Positions 1 to 7,377 of a stretch of 64,000 bases of DNA are shown piece after piece. The notes under the pieces were generated by a model. The model saw only the letters and a list, made by a program, of their open reading frames with translations. It was not told the origin of the DNA and made no database searches. Source of the DNA: Bacteroidaceae bacterium (GTDB lineage: Bacteria; Bacteroidota; Bacteroidia; Bacteroidales; Bacteroidaceae). Location: contig JAILKU010000108.1 of NCBI GenBank assembly GCA_024693505.1, positions 3,115 to 67,114 on the forward strand, in the 5' to 3' direction. How positions within the stretch are numbered: the first letter of the stretch is position 1; the number at the start of each line of letters is the position of its first letter. The translations under genes were made by a program, and so were the position numbers.

Positions 1-2
1 CC

Positions 3-185
3 ATCCGGGCCCTTAGTGATTACTATGGCAGCGAAGAGTGGAAGCAGGACTTCGCCGACGATGAGGCAGGCCTTCTTCCCCATGATTTGAAGCGGGGCGT
101 ACTCTCGGAAGACAGCATCTGGAACCTGCTTTCCGATAGTAGGGAACTGGAAGAAAGGATGGGGGAGATAACTAACCGTTCATGA
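3..185 (+). CDS. 3' end of an upstream CDS cut by the window edge (product not identifiable from 60 aa)
   Basis: Frame 3 is open from the window edge to TGA 183-185 (...RGVLSEDSIWNLLSDSRELEERMGEITNRS*). The stop overlaps the sulfatase ATG as ATGA (182-185), a typical operon junction. Confidence 0.4.
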   Translation: MRALSDYYGSEEWKQDFADDEAGLLPHDLKRGVLSEDSIWNLLSDSRELEERMGEITNRS

Positions 186-1732
186 AGACCATAACCTCTA
201 CAATATTGCTTGCTGCCGGCGGAAGCCTGGTTCTGCCGCCTACTGCGGCGGGGAGGGAGCATAAGGCTTTAGGCTCAAGCAAACATAAGCCCAACATTAT
301 ATATATAATGTGCGACGATATGGGCTACGGTGACCTGGGCTGCTACGGACAGCACTATATCCATACTCCGAATATCGACCGTATGGCTGCCGAGGGAATG
401 CGCTTTACGCAGGCCTATGCCGGTAGTCCGGTTAGTGCCCCTTCTAGGGCTTCTCTGATGACCGGGCAGCACTCGGGCCATGGCGAAGTAAGGGGAAACA
501 AGGAGTACTGGAAGGGAGTTCCAACGGTAATGTACGGGCAGAATCAGGACTTCTCCCGCGTAGGTCAGCATCCTTACTCGCCCGACCATATCCTGCTGCC
601 CGAGATAATGAAGGACAATGGCTATACTACGGGTTTGTTCGGCAAGTGGGCAGGGGGTTACGAGGGCTCCGTCTCTACTCCCGACAAGCGCGGCATCGAC
701 GAATTCTATGGCTATATCTGCCAATTTCAGGCACATTTATACTACCCGAACTTCCTGAACAGGTATAGCAGGACAGAGGGTGATACCGGTGTTGTCCGCA
801 TCGTGATGGAGGAGAATATCAAGTACCCGATGTACGGGAAGGACTATGGAAAAAGACCACAATACTCGGCTGACTTGATTCATGAGAAGGCCATGGAATG
901 GCTAGATCGTCAGGACGGCAAACAGCCCTTTTTCGGCCTCTTTACCTATACCCTTCCGCATGCCGAGCTCAGACAGCCAGAGGACTCCATCTATAACAAT
1001 TACCTGAGCGAATTCTACTGGGACCGCACCTGGGGAGGTCAGGAGGGAAGCCGTTACAATCCCTCGGATCACGTCCACGCTCAGTTCTCCGGAATGATAA
1101 GCCGCCTTGACGTTTATGTAGGGCAAATCCTGACTAAGCTGAAGGAGAAAGGTATGGACGGGAACACCCTCGTAGTCTTTACCAGCGACAACGGACCTCA
1201 TGAAGAAGGGGGTGCCGATCCGGTTTTCTTCGGGCGCGACGGTAAACTGAAAGGCCTCAAGCGAGAGTGCTTTGAGGGAGGCATTCGCATACCTTTTATT
1301 GTCCGTTGGCCTGGACATATCGAGGCCGGAAAGACTAATGATCATCAACTGGCTTTCTACGATGTGATGCCCACTTTTTGTGAACTTATCGGGTTGAAGA
1401 AATTCCCCGGGAAGTACCGCAACACTAAACTTCAGGAGGACTTCTTCGACGGCATTTCCTTCCTGCCCACCTTGCTCGGGAGCGATGCCCAGCCCGTTCA
1501 TGAATTCCTATACTGGGAGTTCCACGAGACTGACCAGATCGGGGTTCGGATGGGTGACTGGAAACTGGTTGTGCGGGGCGGAAAGCCGTCTTTGTTCGAC
1601 CTCTCTACCAACCTTCACGAAGATCACGACTTAGCTGCCGACCATCCGGAAATCGTATCCCGAATGGTAGAGATCATCTATGCGCAGCACACGCCCAGCC
1701 CGTATTTCAATCTTACCCTGCCTAAGAGATGA
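182..1732 (+). CDS. sulfatase (alkaline-phosphatase superfamily), Ser-type formylglycine signature
   Basis: 516-aa ORF with a signal-like N-terminus (MKTITSTILLAAGGSLVL). Sulfatase motifs IIYIMCDDMGYGDLG, GSPVSAPSRASLMTGQ (S-x-P-x-R) and FTSDNGPH. Confidence 0.9.
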   Translation: MKTITSTILLAAGGSLVLPPTAAGREHKALGSSKHKPNIIYIMCDDMGYGDLGCYGQHYIHTPNIDRMAAEGMRFTQAYAGSPVSAPSRASLMTGQHSGHGEVRGNKEYWKGVPTVMYGQNQDFSRVGQHPYSPDHILLPEIMKDNGYTTGLFGKWAGGYEGSVSTPDKRGIDEFYGYICQFQAHLYYPNFLNRYSRTEGDTGVVRIVMEENIKYPMYGKDYGKRPQYSADLIHEKAMEWLDRQDGKQPFFGLFTYTLPHAELRQPEDSIYNNYLSEFYWDRTWGGQEGSRYNPSDHVHAQFSGMISRLDVYVGQILTKLKEKGMDGNTLVVFTSDNGPHEEGGADPVFFGRDGKLKGLKRECFEGGIRIPFIVRWPGHIEAGKTNDHQLAFYDVMPTFCELIGLKKFPGKYRNTKLQEDFFDGISFLPTLLGSDAQPVHEFLYWEFHETDQIGVRMGDWKLVVRGGKPSLFDLSTNLHEDHDLAADHPEIVSRMVEIIYAQHTPSPYFNLTLPKR

Positions 1733-2922
1733 GTTTCAATATTATGCTGAAACCGGTCGGCGCAGCGTGCAATCTGGAGTGCCGCTACTGCTACTATCTC
1801 GACAAGCGAAACCTGTATCCCGATGCCGCTCATACCCTGATGAGCGACGAGCTCCTGGAGTACTTTGTCCGCCAGTATATCGAGGCTCAGCCCACTCGCG
1901 AAGTACTCTTTGTCTGGCACGGCGGGGAGACTCTCCTTCGCCCTCTTTCCTTCTATCAACGGGCGCTCGAACTTGAGCAACGCTATGCCGGATGGCATAC
2001 TATCTCCAACTGCATACAGACGAACGGAACGTTGCTCAATGATGCCTGGTGCACCTTCTTCAGGGATAGTAATTGGCTCGTCGGCGTTAGTATAGACGGT
2101 CCCGAAAAGTACCACGACGCATACAGGCGGAGTAGGGGAAATGCCCCTTCCTTCCATAGGGTGATGCGGGGCATTGAGTTGCTGAACAGGCACAGTGTGG
2201 ACTGGAATGCGATGGCCGTCGTCAATAACCTGAATGCCGCTCATCCCCTAGAGGTTTATCATTTCCTGAAGGACATAGGATGTCACTATATGCAGTTTAC
2301 GCCCATCGTGGAGCGCATCCTTCCGGGTGGCAGTTCCCATAGCCTGGCCTCTGCCGCCGACCAGGATGCGCCACTGGCCGACTACTCCGTCAGCCCCCGG
2401 CAATGGGGAGATTTCAACTGCGCCATCTTCGACGAGTGGGTGCGCCGCGATGTAGGAAGCTACTTCGTCCAGCTATTCGATGCCACCCTCGCAAACTGGA
2501 TGGGCGTACCGCCCGGAGTATGCTCAATGGCCCGCACTTGCGGGCATGCGGGGGTGATGGAATATAATGGAGACGTATATGCCTGCGACCACTTTGTCTT
2601 CCCCCCTTACCGGCTCGGGAATATCCGTTCAAGTACACTTTCTGCCATGATGCTGAGCCCCCGGCAGCAAGCCTTCGGGCAGAGTAAGTTCGACAGCCTG
2701 CCTATGCAATGCCTGCGATGCAAATACCTCTTTGCCTGTAACGGAGAGTGCCCCAAGAACCGCATCCTGCGTACTGCCGAAGGGGAGCCCGGACTTAACT
2801 ATCTCTGCCAGGGATACTACAGGTTCTTCAACCACGTTGCCCCGTATATGGACTTCATGCGCAACGAGCTTTCCCACCGCCGTCCTGCGGCAAATGTCAT
2901 GCTCCATCTAGACGAGTTATAG
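1729..2922 (+). CDS. anaerobic sulfatase-maturating enzyme (radical SAM/SPASM)
   Basis: 397-aa ORF whose ATG overlaps the sulfatase TGA (ATGA 1729-1732). Radical-SAM CX3CX2C (CNLECRYCYY), GGETLL, and C-terminal Cys clusters (CSMARTCGHAG..CDHF; CLRCKYLFACNGECPKN). Confidence 0.85.
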   Translation: MSFNIMLKPVGAACNLECRYCYYLDKRNLYPDAAHTLMSDELLEYFVRQYIEAQPTREVLFVWHGGETLLRPLSFYQRALELEQRYAGWHTISNCIQTNGTLLNDAWCTFFRDSNWLVGVSIDGPEKYHDAYRRSRGNAPSFHRVMRGIELLNRHSVDWNAMAVVNNLNAAHPLEVYHFLKDIGCHYMQFTPIVERILPGGSSHSLASAADQDAPLADYSVSPRQWGDFNCAIFDEWVRRDVGSYFVQLFDATLANWMGVPPGVCSMARTCGHAGVMEYNGDVYACDHFVFPPYRLGNIRSSTLSAMMLSPRQQAFGQSKFDSLPMQCLRCKYLFACNGECPKNRILRTAEGEPGLNYLCQGYYRFFNHVAPYMDFMRNELSHRRPAANVMLHLDEL

Positions 2923-3016
2923 CCCTCCCCCCTGACTTTTCCTGCCCCTCCAGGGTAAAATCCTTACTTTGCCCAACTTTTTTTCCCGTTTGCTTTGCAT
3001 CTTCCCGGACATTCAC

Positions 3017-3024
3017 TACCTTTG
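3017..3024 (+). promoter_or_regulatory. candidate Bacteroidota -7 box (TAnnTTTG) for the 3078 gene
   Basis: TACCTTTG about 50 nt upstream of ATG 3078. Confidence 0.35.
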
Positions 3025-3077
3025 TAGTCGTTTAGGCACGATTATACTAGTTTCTTACACCAAATACCTGACCCACT

Positions 3078-4277
3078 ATGAATAAGGAAAAGAAGAATTT
3101 TCCACACTCCCAGTTCCTCCGCGACCTCGCGCTTTCTATTATCGGAACCACCATCTCCATTATCCTTACGTTCGGCACTGCCCATATCATCACTGAGCGC
3201 GAAAAGCGTGCTGACGGGCGGCAGACAGCTATGATGGTCATCCACGATATCGAGGAATACGCCAGTGCCTTCAATAAGATGGCGAAGGAGGAAATCGAGA
3301 ATTATAACCTTACGAACTACGTGATGGAGCACCTCGATTCCCTCGAAAAGCTATCCATCGACACACTATATTCCGCGGCATATTTCATTACGAACGAGGG
3401 TATCGATCAGTACGAGATCGACGACAACATAGAGCGCACTTTCCAGAGTACCCAGGATACCTGGAAGAACATCAATACCCCTAGTTTCATCGACGAGGTA
3501 CGCGGATATTACTATGAGCGCCGCACACTGATTAAGGAGATGAATCACTCTACGCTCTTCATCCCTCCCATACCATACGAAGAACTCGTCCAGATAGCCG
3601 CAAAGACATGGAATAAGGACTTCAGGGAGAACCTCGAAGCTTTCCTTCGGGAGAAGCTCCAGCTAGACGAAGTGCGCTTCTATCTGGCTAGATCGCGCAA
3701 CAGGGAAAAAGAACTTACCGAGAGGGCCGACCAGTGGAAAAACAAGAGCGAAAGGTGTAAGTTCCTTATGGGAATTACCGATGAAGAACTGGAGCAGTAC
3801 CTTAACACGCGCAAACAGCACGGCTCGCCCCTGAAGGACCGCCAGCTTATAGGTCAGTGGCGCACCATTGATGACGATCCGCAACTCTACGACTTTAGGC
3901 GCAACCATACGTTTTCACAGACCGTCATACGTACCTATCCAGGGGATGTGTACAGCGGTTTGATTAGGGTGATTATCCACATAAGCGGACGTTGGGAGAT
4001 AAAGAACGACTCCCTTTACCGTTACTATGACAAGGGTCGGACCCTGGAGATTGACCACTCAGGCATCTCCTATTCCCTTGATATGAAGGACTCTGTTGAC
4101 CGACTTCTCAATGAATGGAACACCTACTATGACAATGACGCCGATGCACAGAAGAACTGGACGCACGAGGACATTATCCGTGCCGCTACCCTAGACCCGA
4201 CGGGCAAGAAAATCGAACTCAGCTGGTTGGGCGAAGATAACCAACAGCAGACCAGTTACTTCGTAAAGGAGAAGTAG
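3078..4277 (+). CDS. hypothetical membrane-anchored protein
   Basis: 399-aa ORF starting with ATG. One N-terminal hydrophobic helix (LALSIIGTTISIILTFGTAHII), then a charged, helix-rich region. No family recognised. Confidence 0.7.
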   Translation: MNKEKKNFPHSQFLRDLALSIIGTTISIILTFGTAHIITEREKRADGRQTAMMVIHDIEEYASAFNKMAKEEIENYNLTNYVMEHLDSLEKLSIDTLYSAAYFITNEGIDQYEIDDNIERTFQSTQDTWKNINTPSFIDEVRGYYYERRTLIKEMNHSTLFIPPIPYEELVQIAAKTWNKDFRENLEAFLREKLQLDEVRFYLARSRNREKELTERADQWKNKSERCKFLMGITDEELEQYLNTRKQHGSPLKDRQLIGQWRTIDDDPQLYDFRRNHTFSQTVIRTYPGDVYSGLIRVIIHISGRWEIKNDSLYRYYDKGRTLEIDHSGISYSLDMKDSVDRLLNEWNTYYDNDADAQKNWTHEDIIRAATLDPTGKKIELSWLGEDNQQQTSYFVKEK

Positions 4278-4290
4278 CCGCCACTACGTT

Positions 4291-4497
4291 CGGCAACACC
4301 AACGCTCGCCCTGAAAGGGCAAAAACACTTAGCCCAGGGCATCGCCCTGGGTAGTCCATCGGCATCACCATCCCTCGCCCTGAAAGGGCATAAGATCTTA
4401 GCCCAGGGCATCGCCCTGGATAGTCCAGCGGCAACACCAACGGTCGCCCTGAAAGGGCATAAGCTCTTAGCCCAGGGCATCGCCCTGGGTAGAGGAC
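4291..4497. repeat. 3 direct copies of a 69-nt unit, each holding two short hairpins
   Basis: Units at 4291-4359, 4360-4428 and 4429-4497. Each contains CGCCCTGAAAGGGCA and GCCCAGGGCATCGCCCTGGGT. Confidence 0.85.
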
Positions 4498-4509
4498 GAG
4501 TGAATAGGT

Positions 4510-4565
4510 TCGCCCTGAAGGGGCAAAAGCGCTATCATATCTTTGCTTTTGCCCTTTCAGGGCGA
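4510..4565. terminator. 21-bp inverted repeat (likely bidirectional terminator) between convergent genes
   Basis: TCGCCCTGAAGGGGCAAAAGC (4510-4530) pairs with GCTTTTGCCCTTTCAGGGCGA (4545-4565). One mismatch, 14-nt spacer. Lies midway between the stops at 4277 and 4774. Confidence 0.6.
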
Positions 4566-4620
4566 CTTTCATTGCCTGCCATTACCCAGGGCGCTGCCCT
4601 GGGCTAAAGTGCTCATTGGC

Positions 4621-4755
4621 CCTTCAGGCCGTTCTTTAGCTATCAGTTTTAACTTTCCATTCACCCCTTCAGGCCGTTCTTTAGCTCTCAGCTTTAACTT
4701 TCCATTCACCCCTTCAGGCCGAACTCTATCTCTCAATCTTACTTTCCTATCCTTC
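4621..4755. repeat. 3 direct copies (third degenerate) of a 45-nt unit
   Basis: CCTTCAGGCCGTTCTTTAGCTNTCAGYTTTAACTTTCCATTCACC at 4621-4665 and 4666-4710, degenerate at 4711-4755. Confidence 0.8.
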
Positions 4756-4773
4756 CTCACTAATAACGGAGGC

Positions 4774-6813
4774 CTATTTCACCAGTACCTTCTTCCCCCC
4801 GTGAATATACACGCCCTTCTGCCGCGGCCTATCCGAGAGCCTGCGCCCGTCCAGGCTGTACCATGCTTCTTCCCCATCAACTCTATTATGAATTATGAAT
4901 TCTGAATTATGAATTGATAAGATTCCAGTGGTCTGACTATCCCCGAAATTGATCTGGTAAGCCTTAACCGGCTGCGATGCGCTTCCACTGGCCGGAATGT
5001 TGAAGTGTGCCCGGAAACAGTGGAGCGTCCGCTCGCTCTCGGCATACCCTATCGTACTATTCGCGCCCAGGAAGATTGTCTCGCTGAGCAGTCCCTCATT
5101 CTCGTCCGAGGCACCCGCCGCCACTATGGAGAACGGTTCATAGTTCCCCTGGAACGAGCCGCCCTCGAAGCTTACTTTCTCCGGTGCCGCCTTCGATATC
5201 GCGACATTGCAGAAGATAGGGTCTTTCAGGTCGTATTCCGCAGGATTCTCATCATATCGCACTGGCTTGCCCCACCTGATGATATACGGCTTTCCGGCCT
5301 CGATCTGGTATAGCTTTTCGGTGAAGCTGAGGGTGAGCACACCATCCTCCAGTCTAGAGTTTGCGGCATCCAAAGCCCTCATCTCGGCAGACCTGAGAAC
5401 AGAACTGTTAAAGGCCTCGACATCCATGCTGAAGGGCAGGCAAAGTGTATTCCAGTACCCGTCCTTATACAGGGTGCGGCCCTCCAGCTGCACGTATGCC
5501 GAGAGGCCGTCAAGCCTGGTCAGGACATCAGCATTCCTTGCATTGTCGAGCAGCGGAAACAAGGGATAGACAGCCTTTCCGGCATTGGATGAATAGTTTT
5601 CCGCAGTAAACTGTTTGCCATCGGCAGTCACGAATTTCTTACCATCGGCGATAGTCAAATCCACATCAGTAAAATTACTACAATATAATGCATTCCCCGG
5701 GGCTGTCCAGCTCAGTTCCACACCATTTGGCGAATTCAAAGTAGTACTATTGGAATTGGCCGATACCCTGCCTCCGTATATCCTGAGCTTGTCTGAATCC
5801 GACGTCGGATTTATAGTGATGGCATTATCTCCCATAGGATTAAATAGTTCCAGAATCCCGTTTCCCTTCGGTCCGCCATATATATTCAGCTGTCCTTTAA
5901 CCTTTATGAGAGTGCTACTTCTGCATGATATGGTAAGATTGGCATCATCTGCCAGGACCAGATTCGTTGGTTCTGTTAGGATGAGAGCCTCATGCAGGGT
6001 AATCTCTCCGGAAACATATAGCGTTCGTACTGCCGGATTAAAGTATCCTTTACTAATTGACCCATCAGAATTCAGTACATCATATTCATTATTATATATC
6101 GGCAATACTTCGCCGGAAGCATCGATATAGTATAGCGAATAGGGCTCCCACTCATTACATACCGTACATCTGTGATTAGTATATTGATGACCAGTAGCTG
6201 GGAAATTCTTATCATTTATTGTCTCAATTTCTCCACATCTTGTACATTCCCTTGAAATTCTGCCATATTTGGTACAAGTAGGTGAAGCACTTATATACCA
6301 ATCCCCCCATGCATGGCCTAAAACAGGCAGATATTCAGTAATTCCACATCTTGCACAGGTATGCTGCTGGCCCCCGTGTTCTGTACAAGTAGCAGGAGAA
6401 TTATCACTGCCGAATGGCTCTCCCCAGACATGTCCTAATGGCTCGCTTTGATATTCAGGAAAATGTTTATTGCAATAATAACATTCATTTACATAGTGTG
6501 CTCCTTCAGTACAACTTGCTGGTATAAGATCATTTGAGTATCTATGTAATTCATGCCTTTCAAATTGAGTTATTACTTTTTGAGTAGTAGATATACCACA
6601 GGCTTCACAATTTATATTTAATCTTAATATTCCTCTATTTTCACAAGGATAATCTATAATATTGACACAATAATCTTTAAGGTTTGTTGGAAATTTACAT
6701 TCTGGATTTTGACAATATACTATAAATTGATCCCAATCACTTCTATTATCAGCCTTTAAATATCCATTTATGCCAATTGCCAAGACTAGAATTATGATTA
6801 CAGCCTTTTTCAT
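4774..6813 (-). CDS. T9SS-secreted cell-surface protein with a Cys-rich N-terminal repeat region
   Basis: 679-aa ORF with ATG at 6811-6813 and signal peptide MKKAVIIILVLAIGINGYLKA. N-terminal CxxC-type repeats. C-terminal T9SS sorting-domain-like tail (WYSLDGRRLSDRPRQKGVYIHGGKKVLVK). Confidence 0.8.
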   Translation of the reverse strand: MKKAVIIILVLAIGINGYLKADNRSDWDQFIVYCQNPECKFPTNLKDYCVNIIDYPCENRGILRLNINCEACGISTTQKVITQFERHELHRYSNDLIPASCTEGAHYVNECYYCNKHFPEYQSEPLGHVWGEPFGSDNSPATCTEHGGQQHTCARCGITEYLPVLGHAWGDWYISASPTCTKYGRISRECTRCGEIETINDKNFPATGHQYTNHRCTVCNEWEPYSLYYIDASGEVLPIYNNEYDVLNSDGSISKGYFNPAVRTLYVSGEITLHEALILTEPTNLVLADDANLTISCRSSTLIKVKGQLNIYGGPKGNGILELFNPMGDNAITINPTSDSDKLRIYGGRVSANSNSTTLNSPNGVELSWTAPGNALYCSNFTDVDLTIADGKKFVTADGKQFTAENYSSNAGKAVYPLFPLLDNARNADVLTRLDGLSAYVQLEGRTLYKDGYWNTLCLPFSMDVEAFNSSVLRSAEMRALDAANSRLEDGVLTLSFTEKLYQIEAGKPYIIRWGKPVRYDENPAEYDLKDPIFCNVAISKAAPEKVSFEGGSFQGNYEPFSIVAAGASDENEGLLSETIFLGANSTIGYAESERTLHCFRAHFNIPASGSASQPVKAYQINFGDSQTTGILSIHNSEFIIHNRVDGEEAWYSLDGRRLSDRPRQKGVYIHGGKKVLVK

Positions 6814-6867
6814 ATCTTATACATTATTATATATTATATATTATATAGCTATACTGAATTCTAATTA

Positions 6868-6902
6868 CTCAGCCCATCCTTGGGTGATGAGGATGGGCTG
6901 AG
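6868..6902 (-). terminator. 12-bp perfect hairpin downstream of the 6917 stop
   Basis: CTCAGCCCATCC (6868-6879), 11-nt loop, GGATGGGCTGAG (6891-6902). Confidence 0.5.
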
Positions 6903-6916
6903 AAGATAGTGTCGTA

Positions 6917-7267
6917 CTATTCCATTCCGTTATCATCGGAATTGTTTCCACCGCCGTTGTTTCCGGGATTGGGAGTAGTACCTTCGTTTTCTTCGTCGTC
7001 ATCCTCGGCCACCGTTCCGTTGCCAGTGTTCTTAATGCGCGTAGCACTCTTACTGAGGGCAAACATCTTACTGATCTTGATGCCCACGCTTGCGCCGATG
7101 CGCCAGTTAAGCATGTTCTGCGTAACCATGTCTGCCGAAGCTACCGTAGCGCCATCATACTTCTCGGGGTTCTCCTGAACCTCCTTGTCGCTAATGCCTC
7201 CTGAAACCTTCGGAAAGAACGAAACCAGCTTCAGACCCTGCTCATTGGTCAGGATCACTACCCCCAA
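6917..7267 (-). CDS. small hypothetical ORF, possibly a gene remnant (TTG start only)
   Basis: 116-aa ORF that opens with TTG and has no upstream in-frame ATG. It has a beta-strand-like stretch (LNWRIGASVGIKISKMF) and an acidic, Asn/Gly-rich tail. The strong hairpin at 6868-6902 follows it. Confidence 0.3.
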   Translation of the reverse strand: MGVVILTNEQGLKLVSFFPKVSGGISDKEVQENPEKYDGATVASADMVTQNMLNWRIGASVGIKISKMFALSKSATRIKNTGNGTVAEDDDEENEGTTPNPGNNGGGNNSDDNGME

Positions 7268-7377
7268 GTCCTCTTTAAGAGGTCCCGGGGGTAGCCAACT
7301 TAGTATATAAAGCCTTACTCTTCCAGTAGCGTAAACTCCCTTTCGGAGAGGGGCTTGGGAGAGTCTTTCATGACTCC

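Noticed and set aside
4543-4905. ORFs across the 4.3-4.76-kb repeat block (4219-4572, 4256-4480, 4543-4905, 4569-4760) as small repetitive proteins.
   Set aside because: Their periodic peptides simply mirror the 69- and 45-nt DNA repeats. They overlap each other and the 3' end of the T9SS gene, and they span the strong inverted repeat at 4510-4565.
7285-7377. A 17-codon ORF (MKDSPKPLSEREFTLLEE*) starting 7 nt after the nifJ stop.
   Set aside because: It is too short to evaluate, contains the weak post-nifJ hairpin, and has no conservation evidence available.
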